DNA of 64,000 nt from Candidatus Poribacteria bacterium WGA-3G. GTDB lineage: Bacteria > Poribacteria > WGA-4E > WGA-3G. The notes under the pieces are model-generated. The model saw only the letters and a program-made list of their open reading frames with translations, had not been told where the DNA came from and searched no databases. The DNA is taken from positions 15,542-79,541 of the forward strand of contig ASZN01000015.1 of assembly GCA_000406005.1 (NCBI GenBank), read 5' to 3'. Positions 28,094 through 36,252 of this stretch are shown here, in pieces. How positions within the stretch are numbered: position 1 is the stretch's first letter; each line of letters opens with the position of its first letter. The translations under genes were made by a program, and so were the position numbers.

Positions 28094-28828
28094 CTACTCG
28101 GCTGCGTCTTCCTCAGGTTCGTACCCAGCAACGTAATGGAGATATAGGGCTTCGAGATCCTCTTCCAGAATCTCTTCACGCGTCAATTCTCGCTCAAGGT
28201 TACCTTCCACCAGGATGCCTATTCTGTCAGCGATCTCCTTGGCGCGGAAGATGTCGTGCGTGGACATGAAGATGGCTTTGCCTTCCTCTTTCAACTCACG
28301 GAGCAGATTCAGGAAATCGGCACCACCCTTCGGATCCAAACCGGAGGTCGGCTCGTCAAGTAGCACAGCCTGTGCGTTCTTCATAATCGCAATGGCGATG
28401 CCTAAGCGTTGGCGCATCCCTTTAGAGAAAGTCTTGACGCGTCGTGTAAACGCTTCTTCTGGGAGACCGACACGGCCAAGCGTTTCATCAAGTTCGGCGT
28501 TTGATACCTTCTTGCGTCCACCGAGTTTCGCAAAAAAGGAGAGGTTCTGTCGTGCCGTAAAGTTCCGATAGAGTTCAACGTTCTCAGAGACATAAGCGAG
28601 ATGCTTTTTCGCCTCCAGCGGGAACTTCGGAATCTCAATGTCGTCTACCAGTGCTGTTCCACTCGTCGGTTCGATGAAATTCAGGAGCATAGAGATCGTC
28701 GTGCTTTTACCTGCACCGTTCGCACCAAGGACGACATAGATTTCGCCATCCTCCACTTTCATGTTCAATTTGTTGACGGCTAAAACGCTTTCGTTATAGA
28801 CTTTCGTGAGTTCGCGGGTTTCTAACAT
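28094..28828 (-). CDS. ABC transporter ATP-binding protein
   Basis: GANGAGKST, FSKGMRQRL, LLDEPTSGLDP, STHD. Confidence 0.95.
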   Translation of the reverse strand: MLETRELTKVYNESVLAVNKLNMKVEDGEIYVVLGANGAGKSTTISMLLNFIEPTSGTALVDDIEIPKFPLEAKKHLAYVSENVELYRNFTARQNLSFFAKLGGRKKVSNAELDETLGRVGLPEEAFTRRVKTFSKGMRQRLGIAIAIMKNAQAVLLDEPTSGLDPKGGADFLNLLRELKEEGKAIFMSTHDIFRAKEIADRIGILVEGNLERELTREEILEEDLEALYLHYVAGYEPEEDAAE

Positions 28829-28887
28829 CGGGTTTCTCCTATGGTTGATACGTCTCTATATGTCTATAAGACCATAAATCTGAGACG

Positions 28888-29469
28888 TTAGTTTTTCGCG
28901 TGTTTGGCATGATCTTTCACCAACTTGTTGATATACGCGGATTTATAAGATTTCCAATCATCCATCGGTGGAATGTCAAAAATCTCCGAATGCCGTAGAT
29001 CCGGATTATCTTCGAGAAATGCCAAAGTATGCCGCTTTAACAGATGTACTGAATAGTTGTGGAAATTTTCTATAGTGATACCACGATCTAAAAGCAGTTG
29101 GAGCCATTCTGCTCGCGGATACCTCGCATCGATCTCGCGCATTGTAAGGTTACTGCTATGCGTTGTGACCTTTTTCTCACCAACTTTGCGAAATACGCTT
29201 ACTTCAGCTTTTAAGAATCCTGTGTTGTAATCACTATCTAACGCATCCATGATTTCTTGCGCATTTTGGCGACCGGTATACTTTTTATATCCGTGTGGTG
29301 CTGTTTGCCAGTTGAATTTAATTTCTTCACGGAACCGCATATCCGACGATCCATTTTCATGACTGAAGGTGTACGAGTAGGTACAGCCTCCTAATAAAAT
29401 GGCGATTCCCAAGACTGTGAAAAGCGGGAATATCAATAGAAGGTCCACATTCTGAAAAGTGAGATTCAT
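28888..29469 (-). CDS. Hypothetical lipoprotein, paralog of 29749..30528
   Basis: Lipobox LGGC; shares YTG.Q....M.A.D..YN and IDARY.R.EWLQ.LL.RGITIENF..Y...L.KRHTLAFLEDNPDL with its neighbour. Confidence 0.7.
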   Translation of the reverse strand: MNLTFQNVDLLLIFPLFTVLGIAILLGGCTYSYTFSHENGSSDMRFREEIKFNWQTAPHGYKKYTGRQNAQEIMDALDSDYNTGFLKAEVSVFRKVGEKKVTTHSSNLTMREIDARYPRAEWLQLLLDRGITIENFHNYSVHLLKRHTLAFLEDNPDLRHSEIFDIPPMDDWKSYKSAYINKLVKDHAKHAKN

Positions 29470-29575
29470 TTTTTTCTCTCTCCTTTGTTTTTTCTTTTCT
29501 AAAGTGAGGATATTGCATCCATTTAGCCATATTTTTCAGGTTTAACCTGTAAAAAAATATATGCCTATATCATAT

Positions 29576-29604
29576 AGACGCGTTTTAAGGGTAAAAAGGT
29601 TGCA
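29576..29604 (-). promoter_or_regulatory. ECF-type promoter, class 1 (TGCAACC-N17-CGTCT)
   Basis: Minus strand TGCAACCTTTTTACCCTTAAAACGCGTCT, upstream of the run of genes ending in TolC and the ECF sigma. Confidence 0.65.
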
Positions 29605-29748
29605 ATATTTTTTTTCAGTATCGAATTTTTGCCATGAACCTACTTTCGGAGGCACCTTATTGGGTTAACCCCTCCTTTCATGAAAAATTCAGAAAAAGGC
29701 GCGCGACAAACCGGATACTCAGGAATAGTACCGATGCTTACCGGTCTA

Positions 29749-30528
29749 CTATAGCGGTGGATAGGGGGATCTCTTCTTCAGGTCCTGAGACGGCGGTGTC
29801 GGTTTTTGACGACGTTCTAAAACCTCTTCGACCCGCTTAAGTCGCTTCCTTGTCTCCTCAAGTTGCTTCTTGGCATTCGCAAGTTTTGTCTGTGCCTGAT
29901 TAAGTTGCTTTAAATTCGACTGTCTCTTCGCGCGTTCAAGTTGTTTCTCACCCCGTTCAATCTGTGTCTTGAGGCGTTCAACCTGTTTTAAAGATTTCTG
30001 AACTTTGTCGTGAACCAACTTATTGATATAAACGACTTTATAGGCTTCCCGATCATCCATTAAAGGCATGTCCAGAAACCCGATTTCCTGTAAATCTGGG
30101 TTGTCCTCCAGAAATGCCAGAGTATGCCGCTTTGATAGATAGATCCTGTAATCGTCGAAGTTCTCTATAGTGATACCTCTCTGCAAAAGCATCTGGAGCC
30201 ACTCCACCCGTGAATATCTGGCATCTATCTCGCCGCTAACTGCAAGTTCGCTGCTATAAACGATACCATCCTCACAAAGTGCCATTACCCTCGCCTTTGA
30301 ATACTTTTGGTTGTACGCCGTATCAAAGGCGTTCATCAATGCCTTCACGGTTTGCGATCCGGTGTATGTGTCAGGAGTCGTGGATGGTTTTGGCGACTTG
30401 ACTTCTATCGCTTCTATGAAGGTATTAACTGTTTGCGAGTTTGCTCGGAACCCAAAAAGAGTCGTGAACCCGAGAACGATCAGAGTTGAGAACATTCGTG
30501 CAATGTTTCTGCATTTCATTTTCATCAT
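29749..30528 (-). CDS. Secreted hypothetical protein with coiled-coil C-terminus, paralog of 28888..29469
   Basis: Signal-like N-terminus, the shared conserved domain, coiled coil, ends KKRSPYPPL. RBS AGGAG. Confidence 0.7.
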   Translation of the reverse strand: MMKMKCRNIARMFSTLIVLGFTTLFGFRANSQTVNTFIEAIEVKSPKPSTTPDTYTGSQTVKALMNAFDTAYNQKYSKARVMALCEDGIVYSSELAVSGEIDARYSRVEWLQMLLQRGITIENFDDYRIYLSKRHTLAFLEDNPDLQEIGFLDMPLMDDREAYKVVYINKLVHDKVQKSLKQVERLKTQIERGEKQLERAKRQSNLKQLNQAQTKLANAKKQLEETRKRLKRVEEVLERRQKPTPPSQDLKKRSPYPPL

Positions 30529-30546
30529 GTCTCCTTTGTTACAATA

Positions 30547-30661
30547 TTAGGACTTACGCACACCCCATGCAGGGTTTTTGCTGGGGTGTTTCTTCAGGGT
30601 TTGTAACCCCGCCTGATGCCCGTATTATGTAGAATCTCATGAAAAAATGCGTAAGTCCTAA
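30547..30661. mobile_element. 115-bp MITE-like element with 14-bp perfect terminal inverted repeats
   Basis: TTAGGACTTACGCA (30547-30560) and TGCGTAAGTCCTAA (30648-30661); no coding capacity. Confidence 0.65.
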
Positions 30662-30748
30662 ATATATGCTGATTGAGATAGAGCCTTTAATTATAATGAT
30701 CCGATTTGTGAGCAGAAAGGGTGCATAATTTCGGAATTGGTGTGTACA

Positions 30749-32155
30749 TCAAATATCTAATCTGAAGAATTTCAGGAACGCTACGGTCGTCAACACCACT
30801 GCAAAGAAGCAGAGCAGCAGCACATCCACAACCGATTGACGAAGCGTTTCCCCTAAGGTGTCGGTTTCCAAAGATGGTGGTTGTGTGATTTTAACAATAT
30901 CGGTCGCTAAATTGTACATTCTTTTGGTGGCATAATCATCTATTTTGCTGAATAAATTTGCATGGAGCATATCATAGTAACGATCGCCTGTTTGAAGGTA
31001 ATTGCTTCTTTGTGCCTTTCCAGTTTGTGCCAAGCTTGTCGCGAGATAGATGAGGGAAGATGTCGGTGTGATTCGGGAAAGCGTCTCCCCAACCTGTTCT
31101 TGTCGTTTTGTTTCACGTTTGTAGTCTCGATCGAGTCTATTAACATGGTCCTGAAATTTTAATCGATGTTCCTCTGCAATGGGTTTCATGAGTTCATTCA
31201 GCTTGTCGCCTGTTACTATTATACGTCCTTGATCGTCCGGCGGGATTTCCATCATGCGTTTCATTTTTTCCTTTTCGAGTTCCGCCTTGAGATCGTCTCT
31301 CAAGGCTTTCTTCTCCATATAGACGCTCTGGGCGGTTCGTGCTGGAGAAATAACCTTCGCTGTAAGAAAACCGATGCGTGGCGTAATCAGCACAGCGAAC
31401 ACCCAGACAGTGAAAGCGATGATGAGTGCTGTCTTGCCGCTGTCCAAATAGGTAGAAATCACCGTCCCTATTGCAAAAAACACACCGATGTAGAGGAGAG
31501 AGAGCGCCGTCAGACCGAGGACGCGTGGAAAAATGTCTAACTCACCAAGAGGAAACCCTTGCCAGACAAGCAGAAGTAAGCCGAATAGAAACGACACCAG
31601 AAACGGAACAACGAACACAAGGTAGCCACCGATTAACTTACCCCACAAAAAGAGATCGCGCGGCACAGCGTTTGATAGGGTAATCCGAATTGTACCCACT
31701 TCTCGCTCCCCAGCAACAACATCAAACGTAAACAGCAACGCAAGCAGACTGAAAACCGTGCTAACCACAAACAGAAAATCGAGATGCCCTAAAAGTTGGG
31801 AGAGAGGGGCTGAAAACGTCGATGGTAACCCATGTGTAACCCCGTTGCGCGTCATACCAAGATAACTTGGTAGTGAGTCCTCTAAACCCTTTGCAAAGAC
31901 GCTCAAAGCGGTCGGTTTGAGGATAAGTTTGGAGACTTCAATCTCCGGTTCCATTGGCAGCTTCGGGTTCACTGTGGTTTCTTCAATGTTCGCGAGTTTA
32001 ACGGCTTCTTGGTAATCTACTAAGTCTTGGCGATAGCTTCGATAATTGATAGAAAGCGTGAGCGGAATCAGCAGGAGACACATCAAAAGGAGCGCGACAA
32101 AACGGACACTCAAAATATGGTGCATCATCTCTTTTTGAATCAGTGTAAGCAACAT
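30749..32155 (-). CDS. ABC-2 type transporter permease subunit
   Basis: MLLTLIQKEMMHH, FDVVAGEREVGTIRITLSN, SRITPTSS, ends FFRLDI. Confidence 0.88.
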   Translation of the reverse strand: MLLTLIQKEMMHHILSVRFVALLLMCLLLIPLTLSINYRSYRQDLVDYQEAVKLANIEETTVNPKLPMEPEIEVSKLILKPTALSVFAKGLEDSLPSYLGMTRNGVTHGLPSTFSAPLSQLLGHLDFLFVVSTVFSLLALLFTFDVVAGEREVGTIRITLSNAVPRDLFLWGKLIGGYLVFVVPFLVSFLFGLLLLVWQGFPLGELDIFPRVLGLTALSLLYIGVFFAIGTVISTYLDSGKTALIIAFTVWVFAVLITPRIGFLTAKVISPARTAQSVYMEKKALRDDLKAELEKEKMKRMMEIPPDDQGRIIVTGDKLNELMKPIAEEHRLKFQDHVNRLDRDYKRETKRQEQVGETLSRITPTSSLIYLATSLAQTGKAQRSNYLQTGDRYYDMLHANLFSKIDDYATKRMYNLATDIVKITQPPSLETDTLGETLRQSVVDVLLLCFFAVVLTTVAFLKFFRLDI

Positions 32156-32169
32156 GCCTTAATATCCTC

Positions 32170-33741
32170 CTACTTTTCGGATTCGATCGCCTGCTTAACC
32201 TTTTGCGAAAGCACTTCTGGATCAGACTCTATAAACATATCTTTGACAACCAAATCCCGATTTAAAAGAAGCGTTATAAGTTCCGTTTGCGGTTCGGACG
32301 CATCTCTATTGAGGAGTGTCTGCATCTGGTCGTTTTTATCAACCCAGATGGGCATCGAAAGTTGGTGTTTCTCTTTGAACGTCTCAATCGCTTTCGCGGA
32401 ATCATCAGTGCTAATGCCAACCGCTTGCAATTGGGTAGCGTCGTAGTTTGCAAGCAGTCTCTCCAGCTGTTTTAACTTCGGTCCACAGACGGTAGCATCT
32501 ATTGAAAAAAGGTTTACAAGGACAAACTTACCGCGGAGTGCTTCTAACTTAACAGGTTTTCCCGAAAGGTCTGTCAACACCATATCTGGCATCGGTTTGC
32601 CCAATAGAGATGCCAATTCTTCGCTGGATACCTTTGTTATTTGTTGGAGCAGTGCTTTTCCCTCTGACGATTCAAGAAACGCCTCGCCGAATTGTTCCTT
32701 AAGCTTCGCTTGTGGGTCGTCCGAGGGCTTAATTTGCAAGACGGTTCTATTGACTTGATTATTACCGCCTTTAAGAGGTTGATCTTCTATCTGCTTTCTA
32801 ACTTCTTCGGGCAGCTCTGACGAGGAATTCGTTTGGATGGAAATGGCATTCACTGTGGTGTTATTATAAATTCTTCTTTGCGGTCCGTTACGGTAAATTT
32901 TTCCACTGACGCTTAGATTGAGCAGATGATGTTGGCAACGCACTATAGGCAGCATATCGCCTTCTATTTTTAACAGAAATTCCTGTCCTGTCTTCTGCTC
33001 AGGGCGAAATTGATAGAGATAACTACACGGCAGTGTCGGATCCGATGTGCCTTCGGTTAACACGCCGGGGACACCTACTGTTGTGTCTGCAGGACAAAGC
33101 AGCTCTTTTTCCGCCAGATATTGTGGAGAAAGTTCGGAGAGCCAGCGCGGTTCCGCATCTGCTTCAGCGCGGTGGTTTTCGAGGGCGAGTTGTATCCGCC
33201 TTAAATTCTCTCTACATCTCTCAATCTCTGTTAAATCGTCAGGCTTCTGTTTTTTTATCGGCGAGGGTAACTCATAAGGGTAGGCATCTGTCAAAAGGAA
33301 GCGGTTCAAACGGATTAAGGCTTCACGGTTTTGCGGATTTTGCGCAAGAATTTCCTGCGTCGGTTCGCTGAGTTTAATATCAGTAAAACTCTCGGCATCG
33401 TAAAGCGGACCTGCTTGGAGAAGCTGGTTCAGATCCGAAATCAGTGCTTTCTGAAGTTCTGGAGACACATTGCTTATACCATCATATTCGTCTAATAGCT
33501 GTTGTGTCTCAGCAGAGAGTTGCGCTGCTATGTATTGCGATATGACAGCGCGTGTGTCTTGAAGTTTCACCGCTAAACTACCGGGGTCTTTAAGATCTTT
33601 GAGGTGAAACAGAAATTGATTTCCATCTGCAAGGGTAACTGATGTCAAGATCAGTAAAGTAATAATCGGGAGGGTTATGATTGTGTAGCGTAAGAGCGAT
33701 CTAGAATCAAGCATCTTCAATTGTAAAATCGTTTTTGGCAT
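32170..33741 (-). CDS. Secreted multidomain protein with a pilin-like segment and a C-terminal redoxin (TlpA/AhpC-TSA-like) domain
   Basis: N-terminal TM or signal; CRENLRRIQLAL..H...LCPAD; LGKPMPDMVLTDLSGKPVKLEALRGKFVLVNLF, DATVCGPK, AVGISTD. Confidence 0.7.
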   Translation of the reverse strand: MPKTILQLKMLDSRSLLRYTIITLPIITLLILTSVTLADGNQFLFHLKDLKDPGSLAVKLQDTRAVISQYIAAQLSAETQQLLDEYDGISNVSPELQKALISDLNQLLQAGPLYDAESFTDIKLSEPTQEILAQNPQNREALIRLNRFLLTDAYPYELPSPIKKQKPDDLTEIERCRENLRRIQLALENHRAEADAEPRWLSELSPQYLAEKELLCPADTTVGVPGVLTEGTSDPTLPCSYLYQFRPEQKTGQEFLLKIEGDMLPIVRCQHHLLNLSVSGKIYRNGPQRRIYNNTTVNAISIQTNSSSELPEEVRKQIEDQPLKGGNNQVNRTVLQIKPSDDPQAKLKEQFGEAFLESSEGKALLQQITKVSSEELASLLGKPMPDMVLTDLSGKPVKLEALRGKFVLVNLFSIDATVCGPKLKQLERLLANYDATQLQAVGISTDDSAKAIETFKEKHQLSMPIWVDKNDQMQTLLNRDASEPQTELITLLLNRDLVVKDMFIESDPEVLSQKVKQAIESEK

Positions 33742-33814
33742 ATTAAAATCTCCGTGAATAGCGACTGTTTTCTACTGAATTTTCGCATCACTTTTCGGAA
33801 TTGTGTTGCTGCAT

Positions 33815-33842
33815 TACACACTGTACGTCCAGAAAAGTTGCA
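33815..33842 (-). promoter_or_regulatory. ECF-type promoter, class 2 (AACT-N13-AGTGTGTA)
   Basis: Minus strand TGCAACTTTTCTGGACGTACAGTGTGTA upstream of the redoxin-domain gene; same spacing as the copy at 35504-35530. Confidence 0.55.
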
Positions 33843-33912
33843 AACGGCGGAGATTTTGTTGAAAACTTGTTGTTTTTCTTCTGATCAGTGGTAGTGGGGC
33901 CAGTTTACTAAA

Positions 33913-35325
33913 TCAAATATCCAAACTGAAGAATTTCAGAAACGCCACGGTCGTCAATACCACTGCTAAGAAACAGAGCAGCAGTAAATCCACCATAGAG
34001 TGACGGACGGTTTCTGATAAAGAGGTTCCTGCCAGGTCTGGCGGTGGGGCGAGTTTCTTTGGTTCTGGAGGTTTACTTGATGTGAATCGCGCCATCGTCG
34101 CAAATTGATCGTCTGCAATTTCACTGAAATATGCCGCCTCAAGTTGATTATAATAACGAGCACCCGTTTCAAAATAAGTATTTCTTTTGATTTTTCCTGT
34201 TTCGGCTAAATTCATGACGAGATAAATGAGCGAAGATGTCGGTGTGATTCGGGAAAGTGTTTCTCCGACCGATTCTTGACGCTTTTTTTCTCGCTGGTAT
34301 TCTCGGTCAACTTTGCCGACTTGCTCCTGAAATTTCTGTCGATACTCGGCATCAATCGGCTCTCTCAATTTTCTGATTTTTTCCATATCCTCGTTGAAAT
34401 TAATCGAGGTTCCCAAGGTTTCGATTATCTTTCCAACAACCACCTGCTCCTTTTCTGTATTGAGATTATTGCGGATCGCCGTTTTTTCCATATAGACGCT
34501 CTGAATCGCGCGTGTCGGGGCAATAAGTTTGGCAGTAAGAAACCCAACGCGTGGCGCAATCAGCACAGCAAGCACCCAAACAGTAAAGGCGACAATGAGT
34601 GCTGTTTTGGAATTGTCTAAATATGTGGAAATAACTGTCCCTATCGCAAAAAATACACCAATGTAGAGCAGCGACAGTAACGTCAAACTTAACACGCGTA
34701 GGGAGATGCCAGATTCACCCAACGGAAACCCTTGCGAGACAAGCAGGAGTAAACCTAAGAGAAACGATACAAGGAACGGAACGACAAAGATAATATAGCC
34801 GCCAATCAACTTACTCCATAAGAACGTATCTCGTGGGAGGGAATTTGCCAAAGTTATCCGAAGTGTTCCAGCTTCTCTTTCGCCCGCGATGGCATCAAAC
34901 GTGAATAACAGCGCAAGCAGACTGAAGACTGTGCTGACAATAAACAGAAAATCAAGATTCCCTAAAGCAGAGGAGAGCGGTGCTTCCCCAAGAGACATTG
35001 AACCTTGTTTTACGCCGTTACGGGTCATCCCCAGATAACTCGGAAGTGATTCTTCTAAACCCTTTGCAAACACGCTCAAAGGTGTCGGTTCAAGAAAAAG
35101 TTTAGAGACTTCCGTATCTGGATCTGGCGCATCAGGTGGCTTTTCTTCAAATTCTGCGGTCGAGAGTTTAAGGGATTCCTGATAATTGATTTGGTTTTGG
35201 AGATAATTGCGGTAATTGATGTGCAAGGTCAGCGGAACAAGCAGGAGACACATCACAAGGAGCGCAACAAAACGGACGCTAAGAATATGATGCATCATCT
35301 CTTTTTGAATAAGTGTCGTTAACAT
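33913..35325 (-). CDS. ABC-2 type transporter permease subunit, close paralog of 30749..32155
   Basis: MLTTLIQKEMMHH, FDAIAGEREAGTLRITLAN, ends FFSLDI. Confidence 0.88.
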   Translation of the reverse strand: MLTTLIQKEMMHHILSVRFVALLVMCLLLVPLTLHINYRNYLQNQINYQESLKLSTAEFEEKPPDAPDPDTEVSKLFLEPTPLSVFAKGLEESLPSYLGMTRNGVKQGSMSLGEAPLSSALGNLDFLFIVSTVFSLLALLFTFDAIAGEREAGTLRITLANSLPRDTFLWSKLIGGYIIFVVPFLVSFLLGLLLLVSQGFPLGESGISLRVLSLTLLSLLYIGVFFAIGTVISTYLDNSKTALIVAFTVWVLAVLIAPRVGFLTAKLIAPTRAIQSVYMEKTAIRNNLNTEKEQVVVGKIIETLGTSINFNEDMEKIRKLREPIDAEYRQKFQEQVGKVDREYQREKKRQESVGETLSRITPTSSLIYLVMNLAETGKIKRNTYFETGARYYNQLEAAYFSEIADDQFATMARFTSSKPPEPKKLAPPPDLAGTSLSETVRHSMVDLLLLCFLAVVLTTVAFLKFFSLDI

Positions 35326-35366
35326 TTAGTGTACCCCTTAGGCAGTGGGTAAAACCTATCTTTCTT

Positions 35367-35501
35367 TTACAAAGGTGGATAAGTTGACTTCTTTTTCTCG
35401 CTTCGGTTGAGCTCTTTAGTTGACGGTTTGGTCGTTTTGTTATGTTCCAAAACCTTTTTGATGTGTTCTAAAACCTCTTTGACCTGTCCCGCTGCGTCCC
35501 A
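35367..35501 (-). pseudogene. 3' remnant of a gene resembling 29749..30528
   Basis: Minus frame WDAAGQVKEVLEHIKKVLEHNKTTKPSTKELNRSEKKKSTYPPL-stop, with no RBS or start, directly behind a promoter motif. Compare KRLKRVEEVLERRQKPTPPSQDLKKRSPYPPL. Confidence 0.55.
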
Positions 35502-35503
35502 AC

Positions 35504-35530
35504 TACACACTCTCCGCATCGGAAAGTTCC
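35504..35530 (-). promoter_or_regulatory. ECF-type promoter, class 2 (AACT-N13-AGTGTGTA)
   Basis: Minus strand GGAACTTTCCGATGCGGAGAGTGTGTA. Confidence 0.55.
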
Positions 35531-35558
35531 CAGAAAAGTTTGTATAAAAACCGCGGTG

Positions 35559-36029
35559 CTACGCGCCTAACAGTTCAGTCTTGTATTCCTCAACAATTCC
35601 CTCTAAAACAGATTCGGGAATATCCTCCAACTGAGATGCTAACGCCTCTTCGACGTTAATCATCAAACTGTGATCAAACGTTTCGCGTTCGGCACAAGGA
35701 TCAAGATATTCACCGTGTGCTTCCAACAAGATTGCTAATCGTGCGGGTGTCAGACCTTCGGAGATACCGTGCAAACCCCACGCTGTGCCGCGGTAGCCTC
35801 TTTCATAATCGGCACCGAGGTGTTTCTGTAGGATATCTTCTCTTTCGGCACCTTGGGCACCGCTGTTTTCGAGTTCTTCCGCAGCGGTAATCGCGTGCGG
35901 ATCCAGTTCGACTTGGAACGCAGTGGATGCATCCGCCGCTGCGACAGGGTAGATTTTATAGTTTTCCATGATGTCCTTGATTAATTGCAGATTTTTGTAT
36001 AGCGGTTGCTCTGTGATAGGCAGGGTCAT
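35559..36029 (-). CDS. Hypothetical protein
   Basis: 156-aa acidic ORF, the only long frame in the interval; no recognised motif. Confidence 0.6.
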   Translation of the reverse strand: MTLPITEQPLYKNLQLIKDIMENYKIYPVAAADASTAFQVELDPHAITAAEELENSGAQGAEREDILQKHLGADYERGYRGTAWGLHGISEGLTPARLAILLEAHGEYLDPCAERETFDHSLMINVEEALASQLEDIPESVLEGIVEEYKTELLGA

Positions 36030-36073
36030 TTAGTTTTATATATTTACTTTATCTATGTAAATACGCCTCCCCT

Positions 36074-36096
36074 GTAGGAGCGAGCTGTGCTCGCGA
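36074..36096 (+). repeat. GTAG-led REP-like hairpin
   Basis: GTAGGAGCGAGCTGTGCTCGCGA; very close to the GT(A/G)GGAGCGAGCTTGCTCGCGA REP type I recall from pseudomonads. Confidence 0.6.
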
Positions 36097-36252
36097 TCTT
36101 CCGTAAGAAAACGTCAACATCTATAAACGAAAATCAAAATTAAAACCGAGAACTAAATAACTCTGCTGTGATAGGTACGTATGTTTTACATGCTACAATC
36201 GCTCTTTGCTGAATGCTGAAGGTTTCCGATGGTCTCCGACAGCCATGAGAAT

